Shown: positions 1 through 9,322 of the stretch, piece after piece
Numbering within the stretch: the stretch's first letter is position 1
Layout of the letters: each line of letters begins with the position of its first letter
Assembly (NCBI GenBank): GCA_965238075.1
Contig: OZ250173.1
Coordinates: forward strand, 2,656,001 to 2,720,000
DNA from: Candidatus Entotheonellaceae bacterium
Lineage (GTDB): Bacteria > Tectomicrobia > Entotheonellia > Entotheonellales > Entotheonellaceae
DNA: 64,000 nucleotides
Reading direction: 5' to 3'
Notes under the pieces: model-generated
Database searches by the model: none
What the model was told of the DNA's origin: nothing
Seen by the model: the letters and a program-made list of their open reading frames with translations, nothing else
Made by a program: the position numbers and the translations under genes

Positions 1-423
1 CCGATCAGCGATTTCCCGCCAAGGGGCCGGTTTTGGCAATTTGGGGGCAAAATTGGTGGGGCCGACAAGGCCAAAATGGATGATTTCAGACCGTGTTGTA
101 GGGCGAATGTGGAGCTTAGCAAGTGACGCACAAGGTGGCGATTCGGGGCACGAGCCGTAGCCTATGAAGTCGGGAAAAAACGGGCGTGGATTCGCTCAGG
201 CTGTTCCCCTGCCGCCGGTATTGGCTGCGCGGTTGCTGCCTTTCGGGACTCTCCATATCGCCGCTGTCGCTCCGCGATTCTTCGCCGCCATTATCCACCG
301 TCACGTCATGTTGTCCAATCGGTGAGAGTCTTGTCGCCACCGCGCCGCGGCTTTACAAGGCCCGGCAAGCGTGGCATGCTCAAAAGCTCGTTTGGCTGCG
401 GATATCCGAGGGGGGCAGGAGGC

Positions 424-1749
424 GTGTCGGTTGTCGATCAGAAGCGGTTGCCGGTGGACATCTTCAAGCTCGACGCCGCGCGCATCCAGCAGGGCTGGTA
501 CAGCGATCACTACTTCAACAACAGCACCTTTATCCTCGGTGCGCTGGCCGAACAGGGCTACCGCTTTCGGGGCGCCTGCGCCGCGCTTGCCGCGCAAGGC
601 GTTGACGTGTCACAGGTTGACGTCGGCAACATCGAAGCCGACATGCAGTACTTCACCCGCCGGGCGCCGTTTTCCCTGGTCGCCGGTGTGGATGAGGTGC
701 TGGCCATGTTCAAGCTTTGCACCGGCTTCCATGACGACCAGGGCCGCTTCGTCAACACCGCTGACAACCTGGAAATCGACGCCGTGCACGACGGCGCCAA
801 GGTGGCGCCCTGGGAGCCCGTCATACGGGTGCGGGGTCGTTATCGCGACTTCGCCATTCTGGAAACGCCCACCCTCGGTGCCCTGTCCAGACGCACTCGC
901 ATTGCAACCAACGTTTACCAGGCCCTGCAGGCGTCCGGCGGCAAGCCGCTGTTGTTTTTCCCCGCCCGCTTCGACATCTACGAAGCCCAGGCTGGGGATG
1001 GCTATGCCTACCGAATCGCCGTCGATGTCTGGAACCTCGAGCGGCACGACACCCTCGATGCGTACATCTCCACCGAGGCGCAAGGCGATTGGTGGGGCGG
1101 CAAAGGCAGCGGCACCATGGCTCATGCCTACCTACTCTGCTTTCTCCGCGACACCGTGGAGGCTACGCTGCAATTCGCGTCCCTGATTCCCGCGGAGATC
1201 AAGCGCGTGGCCCTGGTTGACGTCAACAACGACTGCGTGGGCGACAGCGTCCAAACCGCGGTCGCGATGTTCCGGCGCTACCGGGAGCACGTAGAGGCCG
1301 GGCGGCCCGAGGACGCCGAATGCTACGTCCTGTTCGGCGTTCGGCCCGACACCTCGGGCGACATGATCGACGTTAGCGTGGCGCCGCTGGGAGATCCCAC
1401 GCTGGACTGCGGCGTGAATCCTCGCCTGGTGCGCAACATCCGCGAGGCTCTGGATACCCTGGCCGACCACATCGACCTGCCTTACCGCTGGCTGGAGCGC
1501 GCCCGGCGCTATTTCCGCAACATCAAGATCGTGGCCACGGGCGGCTTTACCCCGCAGCGCATTCAGCAGTTCGAGACGCTGCGGGTGCCGGTGGACATTT
1601 ACGGGGTGGGCTCGTTTTTCTTTGAGGGCGAGAACAACGACTTCACGGCCGACGTCGTGCGGGTGAAGATCGACGGCAGTTGGCATGATATGGCGAAAAC
1701 GGGCCGCGAGGCGCGCCAGAGTCCTCAGTTGCAGCGCGTCGTGTATTGA
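424..1749 (+). CDS. Nicotinate phosphoribosyltransferase (NAPRTase family)
   Basis: Motifs YSDHYF, GTMAH, ALVDVNNDCV, GVRPDTS, VDIYGVGS, DFTADVV. GTG at 424 follows a GAGGGGG RBS; the ORF track starts at 322. Confidence 0.85.
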   Translation: MSVVDQKRLPVDIFKLDAARIQQGWYSDHYFNNSTFILGALAEQGYRFRGACAALAAQGVDVSQVDVGNIEADMQYFTRRAPFSLVAGVDEVLAMFKLCTGFHDDQGRFVNTADNLEIDAVHDGAKVAPWEPVIRVRGRYRDFAILETPTLGALSRRTRIATNVYQALQASGGKPLLFFPARFDIYEAQAGDGYAYRIAVDVWNLERHDTLDAYISTEAQGDWWGGKGSGTMAHAYLLCFLRDTVEATLQFASLIPAEIKRVALVDVNNDCVGDSVQTAVAMFRRYREHVEAGRPEDAECYVLFGVRPDTSGDMIDVSVAPLGDPTLDCGVNPRLVRNIREALDTLADHIDLPYRWLERARRYFRNIKIVATGGFTPQRIQQFETLRVPVDIYGVGSFFFEGENNDFTADVVRVKIDGSWHDMAKTGREARQSPQLQRVVY

Positions 1750-1763
1750 GGAAGGTCCCTCCT

Positions 1764-1844
1764 TGGGAGCACGGGCATCTTGCCCGCCTTAACCCCCCAA
1801 CCCCCCTTGTCAGGGGGGCCTGGGAGCGCGGGCTTCCAGCCCGC
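1764..1844. repeat. Composite intergenic repeat: two TGGGAGC-headed REP-like palindromes flanking a 29-nt C/G-run repeat
   Basis: TGGGAGCACGGGCATCTTGCCCGC (1764-1787) and TGGGAGCGCGGGCTTCCAGCCCGC (1821-1844) flank TAACCCCCCAACCCCCCTTGTCAGGGGGG (1790-1818). The 29-mer is identical at 11637 and 39424. Confidence 0.8.
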
Positions 1845-1878
1845 AAAAGGAATGACGATGGGGGCTTGGGAGTAGCGT

Positions 1879-2754
1879 GTGCGCGCGTTAGTCGTTTACA
1901 AAAGAAGTCACTACGAGCTCTACGAATCGCGGACGGGTTTCCAGACCCTGCGAGGACAGGTGCGTCCGTTCGTTCGGGCCATGATGTTGAGTCATGACGC
2001 GAACCAGCGCACGCTCGCCGCCGTGCATCGGGCTTTCGAGGCCGTGGGGGTCCCTTACGACTGCATTTATCGTGGGGAGTTGCGCAGCGCGGAAGGCTAC
2101 GATCTGCTGTGCAGCGTCGGGGGGGACGGGACATTCCTGGAGGTGGCGCGCCACAGTGTGACGACGCCGGTGCTGGGGATTAATTCCGACCCGCAGCGCA
2201 GCATTGCTTTATTCTGCGCCGCCGATCAGGATACGGTCCGGCAGCGTCTGGAAGCCGTCTTGGCAGGCGCATTGCGGGAGGTACGGCTGGCGCGCATGCA
2301 GGTGACCCTCAACGGCATCCCACTCGACTTCTGCGCGCTGAACGATCTGTTGTTCTGTCACGCCAACCCTGCCGCCATAACGGCCTATACCTTGCAACTA
2401 GGCGCCGTTCGTGAAACGCAAAAGAGCTCCGGCGTGTGGTTTGCCAGCGCCGCAGGGTCCACCGCGGCCATCCGGTCGGCGGGCGGGCGCCGCATGCCGC
2501 TGCGTTCGCGCCGCTTGCAGTATCTGGTGCGCGAGCCGTACGTTGCCGACGGATCGCCCTATCGCCTCATTAAGGGCATGGTAGCGCCGGACGCGCAGTT
2601 GGAACTGATCTCGAAGACGCGCCAGGGACGGCTTTACATCGACGGCTCGCACCGCCACGTGCCTTGCGGACTGGGCGACGTGTTGCAGGTGAGCACCGAC
2701 GCCCCGCCCCTCCGCGTGCTCGGCATCGACGACCAGCGGCGTCAGCGATTCTGA
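1879..2754 (+). CDS. NAD(+)/NADH kinase
   Basis: GGDGT motif, ALND, and SAAGSTA...SAGG motifs. Directly downstream of NAPRT. Confidence 0.9.
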   Translation: MRALVVYKRSHYELYESRTGFQTLRGQVRPFVRAMMLSHDANQRTLAAVHRAFEAVGVPYDCIYRGELRSAEGYDLLCSVGGDGTFLEVARHSVTTPVLGINSDPQRSIALFCAADQDTVRQRLEAVLAGALREVRLARMQVTLNGIPLDFCALNDLLFCHANPAAITAYTLQLGAVRETQKSSGVWFASAAGSTAAIRSAGGRRMPLRSRRLQYLVREPYVADGSPYRLIKGMVAPDAQLELISKTRQGRLYIDGSHRHVPCGLGDVLQVSTDAPPLRVLGIDDQRRQRF

Positions 2755-2794
2755 TGCAATTGGCTTGCCTCACTCGTTCAAAAAGGATGACCCC

Positions 2795-4426
2795 TTGAGC
2801 AACGTTGCAAACGCGATGATCGATGTGTTGGCCGAGGCCGGTGTGCGGCACGTCTTTGGGGTGCCGAGCGGCCCTTGGGCGCCGTTTATGGACGCCATGC
2901 GGACCGGGCCGGTGGAGTATGTGCTGACCAGCACGGAGGCCGCCGCCGGATTCATGGCCGACGTGTGCAGCCGCATCACCGGTCAGCCCGGCGCCTGTTA
3001 CGGCACCTTCGGGCCGGGTGCCACGAACCTGTGCACGGGCGTCGGTGCTGCTTATCTGGACCGCTCGCCGGTGCTGGCGTTCACCACCGAAGCGCCAGAA
3101 AGCATGCGGCACCGGACGCTGCAGATGCACATCGATCACCAAGCCCTGTTCGCACCCTTGACCAAATGGACGACGCGCCTGTCGCCGACGACCGTACGCC
3201 AGACGCTGCGGCGCGCCGTGCAGGTGGCGACGTCCGAGGTGCCCGGTCCTGTGCACATCGGCCTGCCGGCGGATATCGGCAAACAGGCCGCGGCGCCGGA
3301 GATGGGTAGCGCACCCGTTCAGCAGGGTGCGGCGATGGCGGCTCCTGATGCGGCGCAACTGGAGCATATGGCGGATTTGTTGCGGCAGGCGAAACGCCCG
3401 CTGCTGGTGGTCGGGCTGTCCTGCCTGCGGGCGACGGGTCACGACGCCCTGGTGCGGTTTGTCGAGCGGCAGCGCTTGCCGGTCGTTTTCTCACCCATGG
3501 CCAAGGGATTTATCAGCGAGCAGCATCCTGCCTACGCCGGCGTCCTGTTTCACGCCCTGAGCGACATCGTTGCCGAAACCATTCAGGATGCCGACCTGGT
3601 GCTGGCCTTGGGGTACGACCCTATCGAGTTCAACTACGAGGATTGGCTGACCGCCGTGCCGCTCGTCCACGTCGACACGGTTCCTGCCGACGTGGACGCC
3701 TCGTGTCACCTGGCGGCCGAGATCGTCGGCGACATCGGCGCGGCGCTTCATTTTCTGGCGCAGTTGTCTCCCTTGCCGAATGCCTGGGACCTGTCGGCGT
3801 TGGAGGACCGCCGCCGCCGCCTGTTCGATACGCTGACGGCGCCGCGCACTTCCTTGTCGCCATCGCAGGTTGTGTCCGCGGTGCAGGAACTGTTGCCCGA
3901 GGACGGCTGGCTGGCCTGTGACGTCGGGGCGCATACCCATTTGATCGGCCAGTTGTGGCACGCCTCAAGACCGGGTCAGTTGATCATGACGAATGGCTGG
4001 TCGTCCATGGGCTTTGGCATTCCGGCGGCTCTGGCCGCCAAGCTTTGCCAGCCGCAGCAAAAGGTGGTGTGCATTACCGGGGATGGGGGGTTCCTGATGA
4101 TGGTGGGTGAGATGGCCACCGCCATGCGTCTGGGGTTGGCGGTGGTGGTTGTCGTGCTGGTGGACCGGCATCTGCAGCTCATCACCGTCAAGCAGGAGCG
4201 CCAAGGCTACCCCTGCTACGGCACGCCGCTGTTTCCCGCCGCTTATCCGTCACCGTCGCACTATTTCGGCGTTCCCGTCCTGCCGGCAACCACGGTCGCC
4301 GAGGTGCACGAGGCGATTGCCCAAGGGCTCGCCGCTTCCGGGCCCGTAATCGTCGAGGCGTCGGTCGACCCGTCAGAGTACGACGAGATCATTCTACGCC
4401 CCCACAAGCTCGCCGAACGGGCATAA
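2795..4426 (+). CDS. Thiamine pyrophosphate-binding protein (acetolactate synthase-like)
   Basis: FGVP, E-AAGFMA, GPGATN and TPP motif GDGGF. TTG start after AAGGA is inferred. Confidence 0.85.
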   Translation: MSNVANAMIDVLAEAGVRHVFGVPSGPWAPFMDAMRTGPVEYVLTSTEAAAGFMADVCSRITGQPGACYGTFGPGATNLCTGVGAAYLDRSPVLAFTTEAPESMRHRTLQMHIDHQALFAPLTKWTTRLSPTTVRQTLRRAVQVATSEVPGPVHIGLPADIGKQAAAPEMGSAPVQQGAAMAAPDAAQLEHMADLLRQAKRPLLVVGLSCLRATGHDALVRFVERQRLPVVFSPMAKGFISEQHPAYAGVLFHALSDIVAETIQDADLVLALGYDPIEFNYEDWLTAVPLVHVDTVPADVDASCHLAAEIVGDIGAALHFLAQLSPLPNAWDLSALEDRRRRLFDTLTAPRTSLSPSQVVSAVQELLPEDGWLACDVGAHTHLIGQLWHASRPGQLIMTNGWSSMGFGIPAALAAKLCQPQQKVVCITGDGGFLMMVGEMATAMRLGLAVVVVVLVDRHLQLITVKQERQGYPCYGTPLFPAAYPSPSHYFGVPVLPATTVAEVHEAIAQGLAASGPVIVEASVDPSEYDEIILRPHKLAERA

Positions 4427-4463
4427 AAAAATCCGTCTGTCAGGACGCTGGCCTGGCAGACGG
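4425..4463 (-). terminator. Rho-independent terminator of the csp gene
   Basis: Hairpin TCCGTCTGTCAGG/CCTGGCAGACGGA next to an A7 run (U-tract on the minus strand), between convergent genes. Confidence 0.7.
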
Positions 4464-4490
4464 ACCGTTGAGCAGTGCCGCTAACGTAAA

Positions 4491-4691
4491 TTACGGCTTG
4501 TTAACGTTCGTGGCCTGCTCGCCCTTGGGGCCGTTCACAACCTCGAATTCTACCTCTTCCCCTTCCGAGAGGGTCTTAAAGCCGTCGCCTTGGATCGCTG
4601 AGAAGTGCACGAAAATGTCTTTCTCACCCTCACGGGCAATAAAGCCGTAGCCCTTGCGATCATCAAACCATTTTACCGAACCTTTCGCCAT
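4491..4691 (-). CDS. csp: Cold-shock protein (CspA family)
   Basis: [18 protein letters not shown]...DIFVHFSAI with RNP1/RNP2 motifs; 66 aa. Confidence 0.97.
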   Translation of the reverse strand: MAKGSVKWFDDRKGYGFIAREGEKDIFVHFSAIQGDGFKTLSEGEEVEFEVVNGPKGEQATNVNKP

Positions 4692-4847
4692 GCGACGTTC
4701 TCCGTACCTTTGCACAAAGCAGAACTTCTTTGAGAACCGAGGAACAACCCTGCGATTCCCGCCAGCAGTGCAGAAGGGGTAAGGGGAAGAACACAGTGCG
4801 TCCGAGCGTACCCAAGGCAATGAGTTCTGTAATACCGCTAACCCTCT

Positions 4848-5402
4848 CTACATTGACGGCGGCACTATAACAGCGGTCTGGAGGGCTGTCAAGAAGCGTT
4901 TGGGCAAGGATTTTTGCGGCTCCAAGCGTGTCGATTCACGCGAAAATTGTTGCAGCGGATAGCGGCGTTCCTGCCACGCCGGCATGCCGCCCTCGAGCAC
5001 CGTCATGTTGCGATAACCCTGCCGATACAGGAACTGATAGGCCAAACTGGCCAAGTGATGCGGGCAGGTTCAATACAGCACCACGGGTATGTCTGTGGGA
5101 ATGTCCGCCAGGCTGTAGGGCAGGATGCCCAAGGGGATGGAAACGGCGCCGGGCAGGTGGCCGCGCGCGTAGTCGCCGTAGCCGCGTACGTCGATGATCT
5201 TCAGGGGCACATCGGTATCGATGCGGGCTTTCAATTCATCAACGCTGGTGAATATGATGGTGATGTCCTGAGCAACCTTCTGCTGTGCAAACTGCGGGTA
5301 GTCACGTGGGTCTGCCGAGACGGTCGCCGCGCAGGCGAGCCCGAGCACGAGGAGGCCACCGGCAAGGCCAGCGACGCGGCGACGCGAGGGTTTGTCTGTC
5401 AT
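4848..5402 (-). CDS. Exported rhodanese-domain selenoprotein (Sec at in-frame TGA 5070-5072; motif VVLY-U-TCPHH)
   Basis: Signal peptide, then IIDVR...GHLPGA...VVLY-TGA-TCPHHLASLAY...VLEGGMPAW in one frame. The TGA occupies the rhodanese catalytic Cys position and is followed by a hairpin. Confidence 0.85.
4864..4892 (-). promoter_or_regulatory. Sigma70 promoter of csp, giving a ~165-nt 5' UTR
   Basis: Minus strand TTGACA-17 nt-TATAGT. Long leaders are typical of csp mRNAs. Confidence 0.7.
5040..5052 (-). promoter_or_regulatory. Putative bacterial SECIS apical hairpin
   Basis: GGCCA-GTT-TGGCC, loop starting after 22 nt downstream of the UGA. A possible lower stem pairs ACCTGCC with GGCAGG. 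Confidence 0.65.
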
Positions 5403-5619
5403 GTGCTTGTCCTTATGGAAACACGATGCTGCTTGAGGTAACTGAAGTTGAACCGTGCAATCCAGGAATTCTAACCAACTGTCGTGGGGCTGAAAAGGAA
5501 TATCTTGGCGGTGGAAACGAGGCTTGTCAGGCGCGTAGCGTCTATGGTATTAACGTCGCTTCACCACAGCTTAAGAGCCTACGAGGATTTCACGTTCGCA
5601 GATGGAAGGGGAGACGGCG

Positions 5620-6948
5620 ATGCGGGAAGATGGGCATGATCGGCGGGTAGACGAGAACGTGTGGCGGCCGGGGACGATCACCCGCCGGCGCTTTGTCGGT
5701 GTTGGGGCGGCGTCCGTGGCAGCCGCCGGAGCGCTCGGCGCCGCCATGCTGGTGCCGTCGCCCTGGCGTCAGGTGTATGGGTCCGAGAAGCCGATCAAGG
5801 TCGGCGGCATTCAGCCGCTGACGGGACCCGCCGCCGGCGGCGGGTTGATGGCGAAGGTCGGGCAGGAAGTCGCTGCCGAGCGCATCAATGCCGCCGGCGG
5901 CGTCAACGGGCGCCCTATCGAACTGATCGTCGAAGACTCCGACAAGCCGGCCGCCGGCATCCGCAAAACCCGCAAGCTGCTCACCCGCGATCGCATCGAC
6001 GTGGGGCAGGGCGGCTTCATGAGCAACGTGTGCATCGCCTGCATGCCGGAATACCGGCGCGCCCGTATCGTCAACATGATCGGCGTCTGCCTCGACACCA
6101 CCATCACCACCTCGCGCTGCGACCGCTACACCTTCCGCCCCTTCGATTACGCCCCGGCGCAGGCGGTGGCCTTTACGCCGTACCTGGTGAACAACATCGG
6201 CAAGAAATGGCACATCCTGTTCGCCGATTACGCTTGGGGTCAAACGACCCGGGATGCCTACCGGGTGGGTATTGAGAACCTAGGCGGCGAAGTGGTCGGC
6301 ACCACCGGCATCCCGCTCGGCACCGCCGACATGGTGCCCTTCCTCAGCAAGATCAGGGGCGATTTCGACGGCCTGTTCATGATCTTTTTCGGCAAGGACG
6401 GCGTCAACGTAGTCACCCAGGCGTACAACCTGGGTCTGCACAACAAGTATCGTTTCGCCGGCGACGGCGCCGCGGTGGTGGCCGGCACCAATCTCCCGGC
6501 ACAGAGGGAGAAGGCGCTGGGATTCGTCGGCATCGACCGCTATCTCCCGATCTTCGAAGGACCCCTCGATACCGAGCACCACCAGAAATTTTTCAACGCC
6601 GTGTTCGAGCACTCGAAAAAATACGACTCGAACGGCATCCTGTCCGACCGCTACAGTCAATCGAACTTTGAAGCCCTGAACGTCCTGAAAGTCGGCATGG
6701 AAGCATGCGATTTCCGCGGCCGCGAGGACACCGAAAAGCTCGTCGAGGCCCTGGAGGACCTGCAAGTGTACGCCGGGGACGATTTTCCCACCGGCGACAG
6801 GCTGCTGCGCAAGGCCGACCACCAAGCTTTCACCAACGAGTACATCTTCGAGGTGGTGCAGGGTGACGGCGATACCTACCAGCCCAAGGTGCTGCAAGTC
6901 GTGCCGTGGCAGGACACCATCGTGCCGCCGGCGTGTCAGTTTGCCTGA
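5620..6948 (+). CDS. ABC transporter substrate-binding protein, branched-chain amino acid (Liv/HAAT) family, Tat signal
   Basis: TRRRFV Tat motif, INAAGGVNGRPIELIVED, DYAWGQ. Confidence 0.9.
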   Translation: MREDGHDRRVDENVWRPGTITRRRFVGVGAASVAAAGALGAAMLVPSPWRQVYGSEKPIKVGGIQPLTGPAAGGGLMAKVGQEVAAERINAAGGVNGRPIELIVEDSDKPAAGIRKTRKLLTRDRIDVGQGGFMSNVCIACMPEYRRARIVNMIGVCLDTTITTSRCDRYTFRPFDYAPAQAVAFTPYLVNNIGKKWHILFADYAWGQTTRDAYRVGIENLGGEVVGTTGIPLGTADMVPFLSKIRGDFDGLFMIFFGKDGVNVVTQAYNLGLHNKYRFAGDGAAVVAGTNLPAQREKALGFVGIDRYLPIFEGPLDTEHHQKFFNAVFEHSKKYDSNGILSDRYSQSNFEALNVLKVGMEACDFRGREDTEKLVEALEDLQVYAGDDFPTGDRLLRKADHQAFTNEYIFEVVQGDGDTYQPKVLQVVPWQDTIVPPACQFA

Positions 6949-6972
6949 ACCCGGACGCGCTAGCGAGGCGGC

Positions 6973-7719
6973 ATGAGCGACAGCCCCCACCCCTTGATTA
7001 CCGAAAAACTGACCATGCACTTCGGCGGCTTGGCGGCCCTGGAAGACATCGATCTGGTCGTCGAGCGGGACACGACGCACGCCATCATCGGCCCCAACGG
7101 CGCCGGCAAGAGCACTTTCTTCAACTGCCTGACGGGCCTGCTGCGTCCTACCGGTGGGCGCATTCTGCTGGAGGGCCGGGACATCACGGGCCTGCCGCCT
7201 GAGCGCATTTCGCAGCGCGGCGTGGCGCGCTCTTATCAGATCACCAATATCTTTCCCGGCTCCACCTGCCTGGAAAACATCCGCGTTGCCGTGCAGTCCC
7301 GCCAGCCCACCTCGTCGTTCCTGCGGCATCATCGCGCCGACGCGGCCACCTTGGAGGGCGCAGCGGGAATCATCGAGACCATCGGCCTGGGCGGAAAGGA
7401 GGACGTGATGGCCTCCAACCTCTCCCACGGTGAGCAGCGCAATCTGGAGATCGGCATCGCCCTGGCGACCGAACCTACGCTGCTCTGCCTGGATGAGCCG
7501 ACCGCCGGCATGAGCGGCTCGGAAACCCGCGACGTCGTGGAGTTGATTCGCCGCATCGGCGCCAGCCTGACGATTCTCATCGTCGAGCACGACATGCAGG
7601 TCGTCATGAGCCTCGCGCAGCGCATCACGGTTCTGGATTACGGCCAGGTTCTGGCGCAGGGCACGCCCGAGGAAATTCAGGCCAACCCGCAGGTGCAGGA
7701 AGCCTACCTGAAGATGTGA
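6973..7719 (+). CDS. ABC ATP-binding protein (LivG-like)
   Basis: GPNGAGKST, LSHGEQR, LDEPTAG. Confidence 0.93.
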   Translation: MSDSPHPLITEKLTMHFGGLAALEDIDLVVERDTTHAIIGPNGAGKSTFFNCLTGLLRPTGGRILLEGRDITGLPPERISQRGVARSYQITNIFPGSTCLENIRVAVQSRQPTSSFLRHHRADAATLEGAAGIIETIGLGGKEDVMASNLSHGEQRNLEIGIALATEPTLLCLDEPTAGMSGSETRDVVELIRRIGASLTILIVEHDMQVVMSLAQRITVLDYGQVLAQGTPEEIQANPQVQEAYLKM

Positions 7720-7726
7720 GGGAGCC

Positions 7727-8434
7727 ATGCTGAGGTTGCAGGACGTCCAGGCGTTCTACGGCAAGAGCCACGTGCTGCACGGCGTCAGCCTGGAGGTGGA
7801 CGGCGGCCAGGTTGTGGGATTGCTCGGGCGCAACGGGGTGGGAAAGAGCACCACCCTGAAAGCCATCATGGGTCTGGTGGCCGTCCAGAGCGGCTCGATC
7901 ACCTTTGGCGGGCACGACCTGCACCGGCAGAAGCCCTACCGGATTCCCCGCCTCGGTATTGGCTACGTGCCCGAGGACCGGCGCATCTTTCCCCGGCTGA
8001 CCGTGCTGGACAACCTGCGGACCGGGTTTGACCGCCAGGGCGCCTCCGCTGCACGCACGGAGCAGTTGCTTGAGCAGGCGTACGCCAGCTTTCCGCGCCT
8101 CAAGGAGCGCCAGCGGCAACTTGCCGGCACCCTGTCCGGCGGCGAGCAGCAGATGCTGGCCATCGCCCGGGCCATGATGCTCGACCCGAAGATCATTCTG
8201 CTGGACGAGCCTACCGAGGGCCTCATGCCGCGCTTGGTAGGCCAGATTCAAGAGATTATTGACGTCTTGCGTCAAGCCAACGTGTCGATTCTGCTGGTGG
8301 AGCAGAACGTGCCCATGACCCTCGCCGTCAGCGACCGCGTATACCTTATGGAGCGCGGCGCCATCCGCCATGAGGCGGCGGCGAGTGAGCTTTCCGTGGA
8401 CGACGACGTGATCCACAAGTACTTGGGGGTGTAG
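7727..8434 (+). CDS. ABC ATP-binding protein (LivF-like)
   Basis: GRNGVGKST, LSGGEQQM, LDEPTEG. Confidence 0.93.
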   Translation: MLRLQDVQAFYGKSHVLHGVSLEVDGGQVVGLLGRNGVGKSTTLKAIMGLVAVQSGSITFGGHDLHRQKPYRIPRLGIGYVPEDRRIFPRLTVLDNLRTGFDRQGASAARTEQLLEQAYASFPRLKERQRQLAGTLSGGEQQMLAIARAMMLDPKIILLDEPTEGLMPRLVGQIQEIIDVLRQANVSILLVEQNVPMTLAVSDRVYLMERGAIRHEAAASELSVDDDVIHKYLGV

Positions 8435-8436
8435 GG

Positions 8437-9309
8437 ATGAGCGAATTGTTTCAGGACCTGGTGGTGCAGATGCTCATCGGCATTTCCACCGGCTTGATTC
8501 TGGCCTTGGTGGCGTCCGGCCTGACCCTCATTTTCGGCATCATGGACGTGGTGAACTTCGCGCACGGCGAGTTGTTCATGCTGGGCGCCTACATGGGCTG
8601 GGTGTTTTTCACCATGACCGGCAGCTTCTGGCTGGGTGCCGCCGCCGCGATGCTGTGCGTCTTCGTTTTCGGCCTGATCATGCAACGCAGCGCGCTGCGC
8701 TCGCTCATCGGCAGCGACCCGCTCACCACCATTCTGGCGACCTTCGGGATCAGCCTGGTCTTGCAGACGGCCGCCATCTGGATATGGGGGCCGACCGTGC
8801 GCCGGGTCGGGACCGCTATTACGGGTCACGTGGCGGTCTTCCACCTGCAGTTTCCCGTCTACCGCCTCCTGGTCGCCGTGCTTTCTCTCGCCATCATTGC
8901 CGTCTTGTGGTTGTTCATGCACCGCGGGCGCTTCGGGTTGTGGATTCGCGCCACTACCCAGGACCGTCAGATGGCCCTGGCCATGGGGATTCCCGTGCCG
9001 CTCGTGCACACCGTGGTTTTCGGCATCGGCGCGGCCATGGCGGCTATCAGCGGCTACCTGTACGCGCCTATCATCGGTGTCGATCCGACCATGGGCGTCA
9101 ACAATATCCTGCGAGCCTTCATCGTCGTCGTCGTCGGCGGCATGGGCAATCTGTGGGGGTCGGTGCTTGCCGCCGTGTTCATCGGCATGCTGGAGGCGCT
9201 GGCCGTCATCTGGGTCAGCCCGGCCCTGGCGGTCATCTTTTCGTTTGCCGCGTTGATCGTAACCCTGCTCGTCCGTCCCACGGGCCTGTTTGTGGCAGTG
9301 CCGCGCTAA
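8437..9309 (+). CDS. Branched-chain amino acid ABC permease (LivH-like)
   Basis: GLTLIFGIMDVVNFAHG motif; hydrophobic helices. Confidence 0.92.
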   Translation: MSELFQDLVVQMLIGISTGLILALVASGLTLIFGIMDVVNFAHGELFMLGAYMGWVFFTMTGSFWLGAAAAMLCVFVFGLIMQRSALRSLIGSDPLTTILATFGISLVLQTAAIWIWGPTVRRVGTAITGHVAVFHLQFPVYRLLVAVLSLAIIAVLWLFMHRGRFGLWIRATTQDRQMALAMGIPVPLVHTVVFGIGAAMAAISGYLYAPIIGVDPTMGVNNILRAFIVVVVGGMGNLWGSVLAAVFIGMLEALAVIWVSPALAVIFSFAALIVTLLVRPTGLFVAVPR

Positions 9310-9322
9310 GGAGGGGAGAAGA

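Noticed and set aside
1-340. Short ORFs or RNA element at the window start
   Set aside because: No recognisable protein or RNA motif; the upstream context is outside the window.
6946-6948. Other TGA stops as Sec codons (SBP 6948, comA 13844, UGSC end 12164, aor 52973, rhodanese 54913)
   Set aside because: These proteins are already full-length, and the TGA does not align with a catalytic Cys motif.
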